Source: Rotaria socialis (Eukaryota). From it: a stretch of 64,000 nt of DNA. Numbering within the stretch: position 1 is the first letter of the stretch; every line of letters begins with the position of its first letter. A model generated the notes under the pieces. It searched no databases, was not told the DNA's origin, and saw only the letters and a program-made list of their open reading frames with translations. The DNA is taken from the NCBI GenBank assembly GCA_905331295.1, contig CAJNYD010000062.1, positions 434,001-498,000 on the forward strand, read 5' to 3'. Of the stretch, positions 28,116 through 40,281 are shown piece by piece. A program made the translations under genes and the position numbers.

Positions 28116-29496
28116 TTTTCTTTTGAATGGATTCTATTCTAAAATTAAATCAAACATGTTTCTATGAATGACTCGATACTAATATTTCGAGTAAAAATAA
28201 ATAAATAAATTATAGAAGTAAAAGAACCTTAGAGATTATGATTTGTATAACTAGGTCGTATTGTCGACGATGACTACTTTACTGTTCTCTACTAAACTTA
28301 TATTATGAAATGAAGAAAAAAGACGTACATAGTCCAGAGCATGAGTTAGATTTCCCTCTTGACTTTTGTTTAGTAACTCGGAAAATGAATAAGTCAATCT
28401 CTTGTGTCTGATATGTGTATCTATGCTATTATTAAACATGTAATTGATATATGTAAAAACAACGGAAACATGATAAACTCGCATCAGTATTCTTTTAGGT
28501 TGAAAAATTTGCATAATGAAGTTTAGTTAGATTTAATGTAAGTTGGGCTTACTAGAATTTCACTCTAGGTGAATAAATAGAACAATAATGAAATATGAAA
28601 TGAGTTTTCAAAATATTAAATACGTCTTATCTCTTTTCTCTTCTTTTTTTATTATAAATGAGCTCAGATTAGAAAAATAGACTCTTGTCAGTTCACATGG
28701 ATGGAGAAAAAAAGAAGAATGAAGAGAATAAAGAAAATATACCTGCAAGTTTTTATTAGTTAGACTGATAAAATATTCTATTAATTTTTTAGACAAATAA
28801 ATTTCATTTAACCTATCGGCCTTCATTCTTTTCAAATCTTACGAACGTGTTACTGAATGAACTCAAGCGAAGCTGCTAATATTGGAAAACTTTCGTTCAA
28901 ATAAGTTGATTCATCATTTCTTGCAAGTGTGTATTGTCAATAACAGCAATTATCGTTAACTTCAATAGAATCAATATTATTGTATAGAACAGCATCATGC
29001 CATTGCTTCTTATTTTAAACATTCAATATCAGAAATTATATTTAAAAAAATTAATCAAATTGCTTAATAAACAAAGCACATGATCACAATGTAGGAATTT
29101 GAAGAAGAAAAAAAGAAAGATATGTTTTTCATGCACATACGTTAATTTGAAAAGAAGAATTCTTGTTTTCTTATTTAATAAAAATTAACAGTATGATAAA
29201 AATGAAATGTTCAATAATTAGAAGAAATATTCTTCCAGTCTGAACAAAAAAACAATATACATAAAGAAAGGAAAAAAAATAACTGAAACATTAAAGTTTT
29301 GTTCATAGAAATCATATAAAAAATAAAAGTGTAAAGTCACTTTCAAGGAAATTATTGTAGATGTGCCTGTCGACGAAACAAATAATTTGAAGCAAAGTTT
29401 ATAATAATAAAAACAAAGAAAAAATATCTGTAAAATGATCTAAAGTGCTTCTAGCGGAATCTCAAAATTTAAATCTATTTTCTTTTTTCTTTTTTC

Positions 29497-31037
29497 TTAT
29501 TGAGGAATAGCACAACATACAATTGTCACTCGTCCAGTGCTACCTGGAAATGCTCCTAATTGTGCAGCACCCATCGAAGAGTAGCCACCTACTTGTGGAA
29601 AAGCAGCTGGTTCAGAAAAACCACCGAATTGCGGGAAGCCACTTCCTACATTGAAACCGGCTCCAGGATAACTGCTCAAAGGTTGTTGTGAAAAAGTACC
29701 GAATGGTTGTTGTGGAAAAGTACCGAATGGTTGTTGTGGAAAAGTACCGAATGGTTGTTGTGGAAAAATACCGAATGGTTGTTGTGATAATGCTCCATAT
29801 GATTGTTGTGAGTAGAGACTACTCAGTTGCGATTGCATTTGAGGGAAGCTACCAAGCGCTCCAAAAGCTTGTTGACCATAACTTGCTAGTCCAGCTTGAC
29901 CGAATCCTCCGTAGCCTGCCTGGCCGAAACCTGAAGAAATTTATTTTCAACATAATAATATATCTATTTAGAGAATGTTATAATAATGATTTATACCTCG
30001 ATATGATGATAATCCTTCAAAGCCATTCATCATAGCTGGTGGACAAATTGATTGGTGAGGCATCATAGACATTTGAGGTGGAAATGCTTAAAAAACAAGA
30101 AAAACACTATGAGAGTTTTAATAACGTTATTAACATCCATTATTAACGTTTTTGAAACGAATATTCATTTTGTGTGATGAAGAACAATAGCGGAAAACTA
30201 TTTGCATTCGTATTGAATGGTAAATGATTAATATGTGTTGAGTACAATCCATACACCATTTATTCCATGAGAATGTTAAAAACTTATATGAGTGTATTAA
30301 TAATAGATCACCTACTACAGTAAATAATGTAGTTCATTTTAATTATTAATATTATTGTTTTTATTGTTGAGTTTTGCTTATTAGTGGGTTAGAAACGTGA
30401 GTGACTTCATGATAATTCTTAAAAAAGAAGCAATCTTACATATTTGAGGCATTTGTGGAGCCATTGATGGTAATTCCATTGACATTGAACAGCAGTTTGA
30501 ACCCATTTGTGGCATCGGCATTTGAGGCATCATCAGTGGCGGTGCACATGGCATTTGAGGCATCATTTGTGACATCATCGGTGGTGGTGTAAATGGCATC
30601 TGTGGCATCATTGGTGGTGGTGCACACGGCATTTGAGGCATCATCTGCGGCATCATTGATGGTGGCGCAAAAGACACTTGAGGCATCATTTGCGGTAGAC
30701 TTAGTCCTCCCATGGAACCTTGCTGTAGTAAGTTTTGGAATGCGCCTAATACGTGGTTAGACACACAAATTTGACGTAGTTTATGTCCAGCTAGACCTGG
30801 TACAGCAGTTGGGTTGAAACCTGCTTGATAGGCATTCCCATATGAAGCAAGGTCACCCGAAGAATGCGAACCAAATAATGGCTGATCAAAAGTGATCACA
30901 TTTAACGCGTGATTTCCTCCGACTGGTTGATAATTTGAACCAGAATGCATCATTCCCCCATAACCGTCATAAGAATTATAACTCTCACCATAATTAGAGA
31001 GTCCTGATCCTTCCATACGAACGTTGCGAGCACCCAT
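29497..31037 (-). CDS. Low-complexity G/P/Q/M/F-rich protein A (MG start, C-terminal CC motif)
   Basis: Exons 31037-30440, ~30086-29997 and ~29930-29497 join in frame; MMPQ repeats, QQPFGTFP repeats, GLASYG motifs; ends GRVTIVCCAIPQ*. Confidence 0.8.
29681..29786. repeat. 24-bp coding tandem repeat (QQPFG[T/I]FP x~4)
   Basis: ggttgttgtggaaaagtaccgaat repeated ~4 times. Confidence 0.9.
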
Positions 31038-33013
31038 TTGAAATATTTATGAATTAAAATAATTTATGTGTACAGTAATGAGTATGTGTGAGTGAATGAA
31101 GAAGAAACAAGTTGAAATATTCAATAGGTAATAGTAGAAAATTGAGACACTAACTTTCTCAAATACAATTATCTATGCAATTTGCTTCCTTCAATTTTGG
31201 TTAGAGGGGGAGTGGCTGAAATTTTAGACACAGATAACGCCTATTTCAATGTGAATGATTACAGTACTACACATTTACATGTGCATACTTTCCCGCTCTC
31301 TTGGTCTGATCAATCGAGCGCAGCAAAATTGCTAATGATAACAGTGAAAAAGAGATAGAGAGAGAAATTTTAATTAAGCAATGCAATCATATATATTTGC
31401 TGTAACAATATTTTTGTCTAAGGACAAATTTTTAGTCTCTCGTTCTTGTATCTTGTCTTTCATATTCTCTTTTTTCATTCATGCAAATTAATTGAATTTT
31501 TTGGCCAGTCTCTTCACAATCAGCAGCGATGGCCTCACATATTTGACACGGCGCAGTTCTAATGAAAGACCTTGTTGTTAGTTGTTACGTTCACTTTCTT
31601 AATAGAACGAGAATGAGTAGAACAAAACTACACATACTATTCTTGCTGTAATAACGGTAATGAATAGTGGTGTGACAATTAAATCATCGAGCAACGAACA
31701 GACTAACTTGTTACATGCTTATTATAAGTGTGGAAATGATTTCTACTTTTTTTTACTTACATACTTGAACGAAAGGTTATTCGATAGCAGTGTGAGAATG
31801 AGTGCAATTACTTCATGAACAATGCCTGATTGCTGAAATACGTTTAATAACACACACAGGATCTCATCATATTTTAACAAGTTAGCAGAAAAAAAATATA
31901 ATAAGATTTTTTCGTTCTATTGGCATACGAATAGTAAATTTGCACACTAGCATCGCCTCTTTTTTTCCAACTATTCTCTATTATATGTCTGATAATAATT
32001 ATGATATTCAAAAAATCTCGATTTCACTAAATAATTGTAAAAAATGAAAAGAATCTAGTGAGAATAGTATTGATGAATTATAGTTTACTTCATGTATTTA
32101 AATCATATTTTTATGCTTGATGAAATTGTTCTTTGTCATTTATTTGAATATTTTTGAACTGTAAAAATTATATTGTTGTTCTAATTTGGTTTTATTCGAA
32201 AAAACCGAATTTCTACTGTGCATTCATCATATAAAAAAAGAGATCTACGATCGATCAATATGATTTTGAGAGACCTTGACATATATTTGTTTTTTTCTTT
32301 TCGACACGCATATTCATTTTCGTTTCTCTTGATGATATACTATCAAAATTGAATCATGATTATTCATTTCCTTTAAATTATGAACAAGATTGAAGTCAGC
32401 ATCACATATCGCGAATCTTTAGCGACAAGAAAGTATCTCTTTATCTATTACTATCTGTCTTAACGACATATACTAATCAGAACGACAGCCATCAAAAACG
32501 AAGCAATCAGCGTTTTTCTCATTACATTAACTAGAACACATTACTGAAAGGTATGTATGAATGCCTATAACGAGAGTGTGATTACGATGATAATTAGCAG
32601 TGCTTTTTATATTTAAATAAGAAAATCATTATACATAGATTGCATTTCTGTGATAATATTACCTATATAGTTGGATGCATCTGAGTGGAAGACAAAGTAA
32701 GAGATGAAGTTTAATGAGATGTCAATGTATTTATTATTTTGTTTTATTTTCTCCTCTAAAACACATTAATTTATGCAGCAATATAACAAACACACACAGA
32801 GAAATATAAAAACGAATGTAGGAAAAAACAAAAACAATTTCACCCATAACATGCGAAATCTGCGATGAAATATGAGCATAAAATGCTTGAGAAAACATAA
32901 AAAAGCATTCTAGTTTATTGTTCAAATAAAGAGTGTCTTCTAATGATATTGAACAAGTTTGCTTGTTCATTATTTAATTGTGTCGATTGTTATTTGTTTG
33001 TTTGTTCGTTCGT

Positions 33014-33015
<2 letters not shown>

Positions 33016-33066
<51 letters not shown>
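33016..33066. repeat. (AAT)n microsatellite in the 3' region of gene B
   Basis: About 17 tandem aat units. Confidence 0.95.
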
Positions 33067-33067
<1 letters not shown>

Positions 33068-33236
33068 GAAAGTGTTGTTTTGATTTGGACTATTATTAAA
33101 TGACAATTTTTCTGCGGATGTTTTATGAGCCCAGACGCACAAAAGGAAAAAGAAAGCAATATGTGTCTACACAGCCATGAAAAAATTGAAAAAAAAAAAG
33201 AAAACAAAAGTCTAACTGATGGTATTGATAGTACTT

Positions 33237-35263
33237 TTATTGTGGAGCTGGGAAGCAACAGCAAATCATGCGACCACCAGCACTTGGTGCGCCCATTTGA
33301 GGTTGTTGAAATCCACCGAATTGTTGTTGAGGTGGCGGAGGGCCATATGATTGTGGCGGAGGGCCATATGATTGTGGTGGAGGGGCATATGATTGTGGTG
33401 GAGGGCCATATGATTGTGGCGCAACTTGAAATGATTGACCAAAAGAAGAGACACTACCACCAGATGGTTGAAATGCTGGTGGTGGAGGACCATATGATTG
33501 TGGTGCTGGTTGTTGTGGTTGAGGTTGAGGTGGGATATAAACTGGTGGTGGAGCTGAGATCACTTGTTGTGGAACTGAAACTGGTTGAGGAACTTGGAAG
33601 CTTTGTGGCATAGGTGCAGCTTGTAATTGTTGATAGGGTTGCATCATTGGTGCACCAACTGCTTGTAATGAACGCATCATACCCATTGGTGGAGCCATAT
33701 TCTGTAGTTGAGGCATACCGCCTAAAATAAGATTTCAAAGAAAAGTAGAAATAAATTTTAGAAGTTCATAACAATGAAGAATAGTTGAGAGTCTAATCGT
33801 ACGTACCGAAACCGCCACTGAATGGGCAGTTAGCTGGAAGGCCACTACCGAATCCTCCACCAAATGCTGGAGCACCACCGAATCCACCACCGAATGCTGG
33901 AGCGCCACCAAATCCACCACCGAAACCTACATGCGAAAAAAGGCACATAAATAATTTATTCATTACATTTACAAATGTACTCACCACTAGCACCACCATA
34001 CGAAGCTAAACCACCGAAACCGCCACCCAAAAAATATTCATAAATCAAGAAGTCAGTCACGCATCGTTGATTGCAATAAAAATCACGCATATAAAATGCA
34101 CGCATATTCATCGTCAGATCAAAATTAAATTCATTTTCACTTTCAAGTAATGCCTATGAGAAAAATGAACGGTCCCACATCGGGAGTGCGCTTCCGAAAC
34201 CTGAAAGTACGTTTAAAACTATATTTTTGTTCTGATCGAAGAAAACCACTTACCACCGCTAAATCCACCAACTGGTTGAGCAACACCCATTCCAAAACCG
34301 CCAGAAAATGGTGAACCACCACCCATTCCAAAACCGCCACCGTAGCTTGCAAGACCTGAGTATATGAAAAAACATGGTATCTTAATAACAGATATTTATG
34401 ACTCTACTGAAAACTTACCACCCATTGGCGAAGGTTGACACATTGGTTGAGCCATTGGCATTTGCATCTGAGGCATTGGCATTTGCATCTGAGGCATTTG
34501 CATTTGCATCTGAGGCATTGGCATTTGCATTTGAGGCATGGGCATCTGTGGTGCACACATTTGTGGCATTGGCATTTGCATCNTTTTTCCCCCCATTTAT
34601 GTGTGGCAATATCAAAGCATGAAATTTTCTTTAGATGGCGGGTATCCAACTGCTGGATATTCTGGTGGCATTGGCATTGGCATTGGCATTGGCATTTGAG
34701 GTGCACACATTTGTGGCATGGACATCTGTGGCATTGGCATTTGCATTTGAGGTGCAAACCTAGAAAATGAGAAAGAATATAGCACACCGATAGTCACTTG
34801 ATCAGTGTTCAAGTTATACACTTACTGAGAAGCACCACCTTGAGGAACGAAAATCACACGAACTTTAGGAGGAAGACCACTCATACCGCCAAGACCAAGA
34901 GCATTAGAACCACCTAAAGCTGCTGGGCCACCCAGAGATCCAATAGGATATGCATTATTGGCGCTAAGTGGACCACCCAGAGATCCGTAAGGATTTACTC
35001 CGGCACCGAAACTTGTTGGTGGATATGCTCCGCCATAACCACTACCACCAGAATATCCAGCAGTTGGATAACCACCATCTAAAGAAAATTTCATGCTTTG
35101 ATATTGCCACACATAAATGGGGGGAAAAAACGACGGAATACTTACAAGTAAGTCCAGATGGTTCATAAGCACCGCCATAATAATCCATTCCATAGTTTGG
35201 ATCAGGTCCTTCACCGTAACCAGCAAGACCAGGTTGTGCGTTACGAGAGCTTCGACTTCCCAT
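33237..35263 (-). CDS. Low-complexity G/P/Q/M/Y/F-rich protein B, paralog of A (MGxxxS start, C-terminal CCC motif)
   Basis: Multi-exon: [17 protein letters not shown]..., GGYPTAGY...[13 protein letters not shown], (PQMQM)n, [18 protein letters not shown] repeats, PQSYGPPP repeats, ends [12 protein letters not shown]. The model is disturbed by an N and an inverted segment at 34583-34670. Confidence 0.75.
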
Positions 35264-35568
35264 TTCTTTTGATATATGAATATGTGGATATGTGGATATG
35301 TGACTAATCTATTACCTAAAGCTAATAAAGAAAATTTTATATTAGATCTATCAAATGAAAACTAGAACGAAAGTTTCTCATAGAAATTTTAAAAAAATAA
35401 TATTCAAGTCATCATTTTGCCGTAGCATACTCTACCAACTCTTCTTCAAATGATGCTGACGGTTGTCGATCTGAAGTAATCGGTCTAATACAAATGTTTC
35501 TGATTTTATAGGTAAGCGATTTCAGTTTGTTTCGTTGTTCACTACAGGACGAAAAAAGAGAAAAAAAC

Positions 35569-35594
35569 GAGAGAGAGAGAGAGAGAGAGAGAGA
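35569..35594. repeat. (GA)n microsatellite upstream of gene B
   Basis: Tandem ga units. Confidence 0.9.
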
Positions 35595-37488
35595 AGAAGT
35601 ATTTTTCAGTCAAAAAGAAACCTGACGAGACATTCGTCCCTAACTTTGAAGACGACTCTCTCACAATACAATTGGTTTATCATATCTGCCTTTGAATCGT
35701 CCATGTATCAATCAATGACGCGTAAACGAGAAGGTTGCCGGCGATGGCATGTTAAAAAAATTGAAGTATGTTTTTTCGTCGTCGTCGGCCGTTTTGCCTG
35801 TGGAAGAGAGAGAGGGAGAGAGAGAAAATGACTGACGAGAGTGAATCTATTTACCACACGAATATTCAGGGTCGAAAACCGCGTATAGTTTACCTGCACG
35901 TAGCCGCTACTGTCAAAAAAAATGACTAGTTAGAGTCAGACCACAAATATACATGTACATAAAGGCATGCGAAAATAAATATAAATTAAGCAAAACGCGA
36001 AAAAAATGACAAGTTATCATTTATTCGACATACAGATGTATTTTTTTTTGATAACCTTGTCATTTTTGATGAGTTGAAAAGGGTGCTTGTCATTACATCA
36101 AAGATAGAGAGAAAGCGGGAGAAATAGAGAGACAGCAAAGAATTGCCGTTTTTGTAATCAATTTGATTGATCATCAATTTTTTGTGGTTTCGCTTGGTAC
36201 CTAACTGTAATAACTATTTATTATGATTTCAAGGCTGCAGCAACAGTATAAATTGATCAACAAATACCAGTCGGACTGATATATACATACAAATGCAACA
36301 GTTTGCATTTCATACATGAAAACGAGAAAATTGTAATGAGCATGAGAAGGGAAATTGCTTTTTACAGATGCTATCACCGTAAATGAATGTAATATTATGT
36401 TTTCGATGTATTTCCCAAGGAGACAAATTATAATGAGCAATAAATATAGATATATTTTTTCATTTTCATTTTAAGAATAGTTTTTCTAATTTACAATTCA
36501 ATCTGTACATTGTTTATGGTTGAAATTTTCTTGTCAATCAAATACTTTTGAAAATTTTCTGTTCAAATGGAGTGAATAGATTTTTCGAGGACGAACAACG
36601 TATGAATATTGACAACCGAACGATATCTATTTATTAATCTATCATCATACATTTACATATCTATATGTGCATAAGATAAGTTTGGAACATTTCACTAAAA
36701 ATTTCTCATCACGACTTCAAATAACATTCATTTTTTCAACTGTAGGCTTTATAATGCATTTGTGCATCATTGATATTACCTATAATATGAGATACTATAT
36801 TCATGTTTTTTATTATTATTATGAATAGCTTCATGATTAGTCTATAGAATATTTTTCTCGATTGTTTCTCCGTTGTTTTATTTTTTGTTTCATTTATATC
36901 TTAATACCTATCACAAAGAGACAAAATTTTTCTCACTTATATTATCAATATAACAACGTAGTACCTTGTTTGTTGTAATTGTTAATGATAAATAATCAAA
37001 AGAAATATGAAGGTGACTTTACGCTTGATTGCATCATACGCGTTATAGGTGTGTATGCAAGTGTCACATAACCACTTCTCGCTGTCATCATCATTTTATA
37101 CATTGCTTGAGCAACTTCGAAATTATACAAATTTGCGTCATTCTTTTTTTTCCTCTTCGAACGTACATATTTTATTTCATATTCAAAAAAATCCCACATT
37201 GAATAAAGCATTCGTCAAATTTTCAACGAGATAGTCGTGCGCACGCAAGATGCATCACTCCTTTTTTTATCTATTCTATAATGTCATAGCCTATAAAAGT
37301 CGTACTTTCTCTCATGTTCCACCATTTTTCGACACTTCCTGGCTTATTTTCAGATACAATCACTTCTCTTTACCAGGCCCACAATCATCGTTCATAAAAT
37401 AAAATCTAATAAAGGTTGGTTTGAATTCTACAAGAAAACTTTGTTTTTTTCTAGAAAACAAAGTTTCACTTTTCTTTTCTAGCTTAAA

Positions 37489-37990
37489 ATGGGTAATCAA
37501 ACAAGTCAAAAGCGTCAAGCCAAAAACTATAAAAATGCTCAATCAAAGCAGTAATTATAGTTCTACTTAATGTTTAATTATCCTTTTTCTCTTTCAAATA
37601 GATACGCAAATGATGCTTTTAGAGGTCGACGTAATAACGCGGGAAATGGAGGTAGGATAAGTTTCCATCATGTTTTCAACTTCTTTTGTCTTTTATATAG
37701 GTTATTATGAGGAAACAAGTTATATTACAGAACCTTACGAAGAAATGGATTGGGGTTTTACATATGTTCCAACAGTCCGTGGTGGTGGTGGTGGAAAACG
37801 ACCTGTCATTTATGTTGCAGCTCCTATGCCTGCTGCAAATCAATTTGGAGGTTTTGGTGGAGGCTTCAATTCTGGTTTCGGAGGTGGTATGGGAGGTTTC
37901 GGTGGCGGTATGGGAGGTTACGGTGGTGGTATGGGAGGTTACGGTGGCGGTATGGGAGGTTTTGGTGGCGTCTATCCAGGATTCCGCTAA
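37489..37990 (+). CDS. Small Gly-rich protein C (MGNQTS myristoylation-type start)
   Basis: Three exons in frame: MGNQTSQKRQAKNYKNAQSKQ/YANDAFRGRRNNAGNG/GYYEETS...GKRPVIYVAAP...(GGGMGG[Y/F])n...YPGFR*. Confidence 0.8.
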
Positions 37991-38261
37991 GAGAACGATG
38001 CTTTTCATCTTGTCCTAATGCCAAAATAGCATAGATTTTGTTGAGAACTCTAATCGATTAACTTCATTTCTCTTAATAAATTTTATTTAAAATGTTTTAT
38101 TGCTAATGTTGCACTTTATCTGTCTAGATTTCTTTTTTTCATGATGAAAAAAAAAAAGGAAAAAAGTTTTTTTTGTAACAATTTCAAAAAACTTTTTATT
38201 GAAACTTTTTGCTTCTTATTTCAACAAAAAAAAACAATTATATGTTGATAAACATTAAAAT

Positions 38262-39504
38262 TTAACGTTTTTTATGTAAACATGGAGCAAGTGTTAGAAT
38301 TGATTTCGACTTGATTTGTGCTGATGTTTTGGCGAAATCAAATGCATAGAAATATTGTGATGGTGATGATTTACTTTTCTCTTCTAATGAATTCGTTTTT
38401 GAACATTGAAAACCCATCGATTCAATTTTGCGTATAAATTTTTGTGGTTGATTTTCGAATCGTGACGCTATTTCAATGATTTTCATTGTACCGCGTAAAC
38501 GAAGAATACGATGAGCTTCATGAATAAAATCAGTTAAATTTGTACCCATTAAAGATAAACAAAATATTACAATATCAACAGAATCATTATTCAATGGTGT
38601 ATGTGCTATATCACATACTTGAACATGATCATTCAATGCAACTAAATCAAAGCTATGAATATTCGGATGAGTAGATTTAAGTGTACGAGCAAGACGTGCA
38701 TCACCACAACCCATATCAACAATGACAAGATTTGCTGAACGTTTACGAACATAACCCATGATTTCATCGATAGGTTGATCGGGCCATTTTGACATACTTG
38801 TCTAAAAATAGAAGATACAGACGTGTTGTTTGTGCTAAAATTAAACTTACGGCATAACCTTGATGGTAAGCAAAGAAAGATTGAGGATCTTGTTCAAACA
38901 TTTTTTGAGCTTCTTTACTTGTTGTTGTATAAAGTTTTTCGTTTAGATAACGAAAACGTGATGTTACCATATGAGAAACAAGTTTATCACAAACTGATGG
39001 TTTCGCTTCTGGAGCGGGTTTTTTCGGCGATGGTTCATTTTCTTGCTCATTGACTTCTTCATGTTTACGTTTATTTGGTTTAGGCGCAATTTGTATAGTG
39101 TCTTTTAATTCTGGATGATTTAAAAGATAATATTTATTTTTACGACTTTTTTTTGGTATAACAGATTCTTTAGGCTGTTGAAGTTCTTTGTTAATATGTT
39201 TCTTTAATGCTGATCGTTTTTTTTTGTTGTTATTATTATCATCATCATCATCATCGGAATCTCCATTTAATATTTGTTGTTCGCGTTTACGATCACCCGG
39301 ATTATAGTCATGACGAGGTACACGTTCGAAAATTCGTTTAGGTTTCTTTTTATCAACTAATGATAATTCACTTTCAGCGAGAATTCTTTGAACTTGGATA
39401 TGATTTTTATTTTCACGTTTTTTATGTGGCATCTGAAACATAGACAAAAGACTAAATGTTTTTCTGTACAATATTAGCGCTTTAGTAGATTTAGGAATTT
39501 TCAT
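38262..39504 (-). CDS. RRP8: Ribosomal RNA-processing protein 8 (nucleomethylin, rRNA m1A methyltransferase)
   Basis: SRFRYLNEKLYT, FFAYHQGY, WPDQP, DMGCGDARLA, FCLSLMGTN, PCLHKKR*; one 49-bp intron 38802-38850. Start uncertain (39432 after an acceptor, 39504, or a short upstream exon from 39542). Confidence 0.93.
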
Positions 39505-39773
39505 GTTACGACTTTCAATATATCGTTATTGGGTACATTCATGATGATATTTTTTTCTATGCTGAATACTTAAAGCTTGTTTTGAAAGAAAAGTCTAATT
39601 AATTGAGTTCGAAATTTTTATCCTTGAATCAACATAATAAATCAAATTCTAGTCTACGTCTTTAGAATGATGAATAGTTTATATTTGGATTTTTTAATGA
39701 AATAGGTTTGCTCGATACTGTCTTTTTTAATATAAGACATACACATCAAATAAATTCAGAGAAATTAATCATT

Positions 39774-39797
39774 ATATATATATATATATATATATAT
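39774..39797. repeat. (TA)n microsatellite
   Basis: Tandem ta units. Confidence 0.9.
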
Positions 39798-40281
39798 GTT
39801 AAAATAGTCTTTCGTTATAAGATAATTATTCTTGTTGTCTAATAAATAATATCTGTGTTCTTTTCGATAGAAGGTTAATAAAAATGAATCGAAAGTAAGT
39901 GACAACGCACAAAATCATTCATCTATGACGATGTGTCGTTTTGAGATATTTTTTCACTTTCATCATCCTACACTTTCAATTACTAATGATAGAGAAAAAA
40001 AAGATGAGAGATAGCTGTATTAATATATGCATAGAATAGAGTTGTTTTTCTATTTAATGAAATAGCAATCATGATAATTAATTTCACTTGAGTTTAAACT
40101 ATACATACGTAACAAAAAAAATAGGAATTTTATTATGTGGAATATGATAAGCAAAAAGCAAAAAATAGTATGTGAATGTATATAATCGACTTCTTTTAAA
40201 CACTTTGAAATATACAAAACGAGAATAATTAATGAATTATTATCAAGAATTTAAAGAAAAAAATTCTATAAGAAACTTTTT

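Noticed and set aside
29681..29786. Regularly spaced direct repeats resembling a CRISPR array
   Set aside because: Contiguous 24-bp in-frame coding repeat with no unique spacers and no cas genes, in a eukaryotic context.
33125..34787. Overlapping ORFs rich in His/Trp, Cys/Lys, Ala/Asn or Val (e.g. 34435-34770, 34404-34787, 33125-33613)
   Set aside because: Alternative-frame or antisense shadows of the PQM and PQSYG repeats of gene B.
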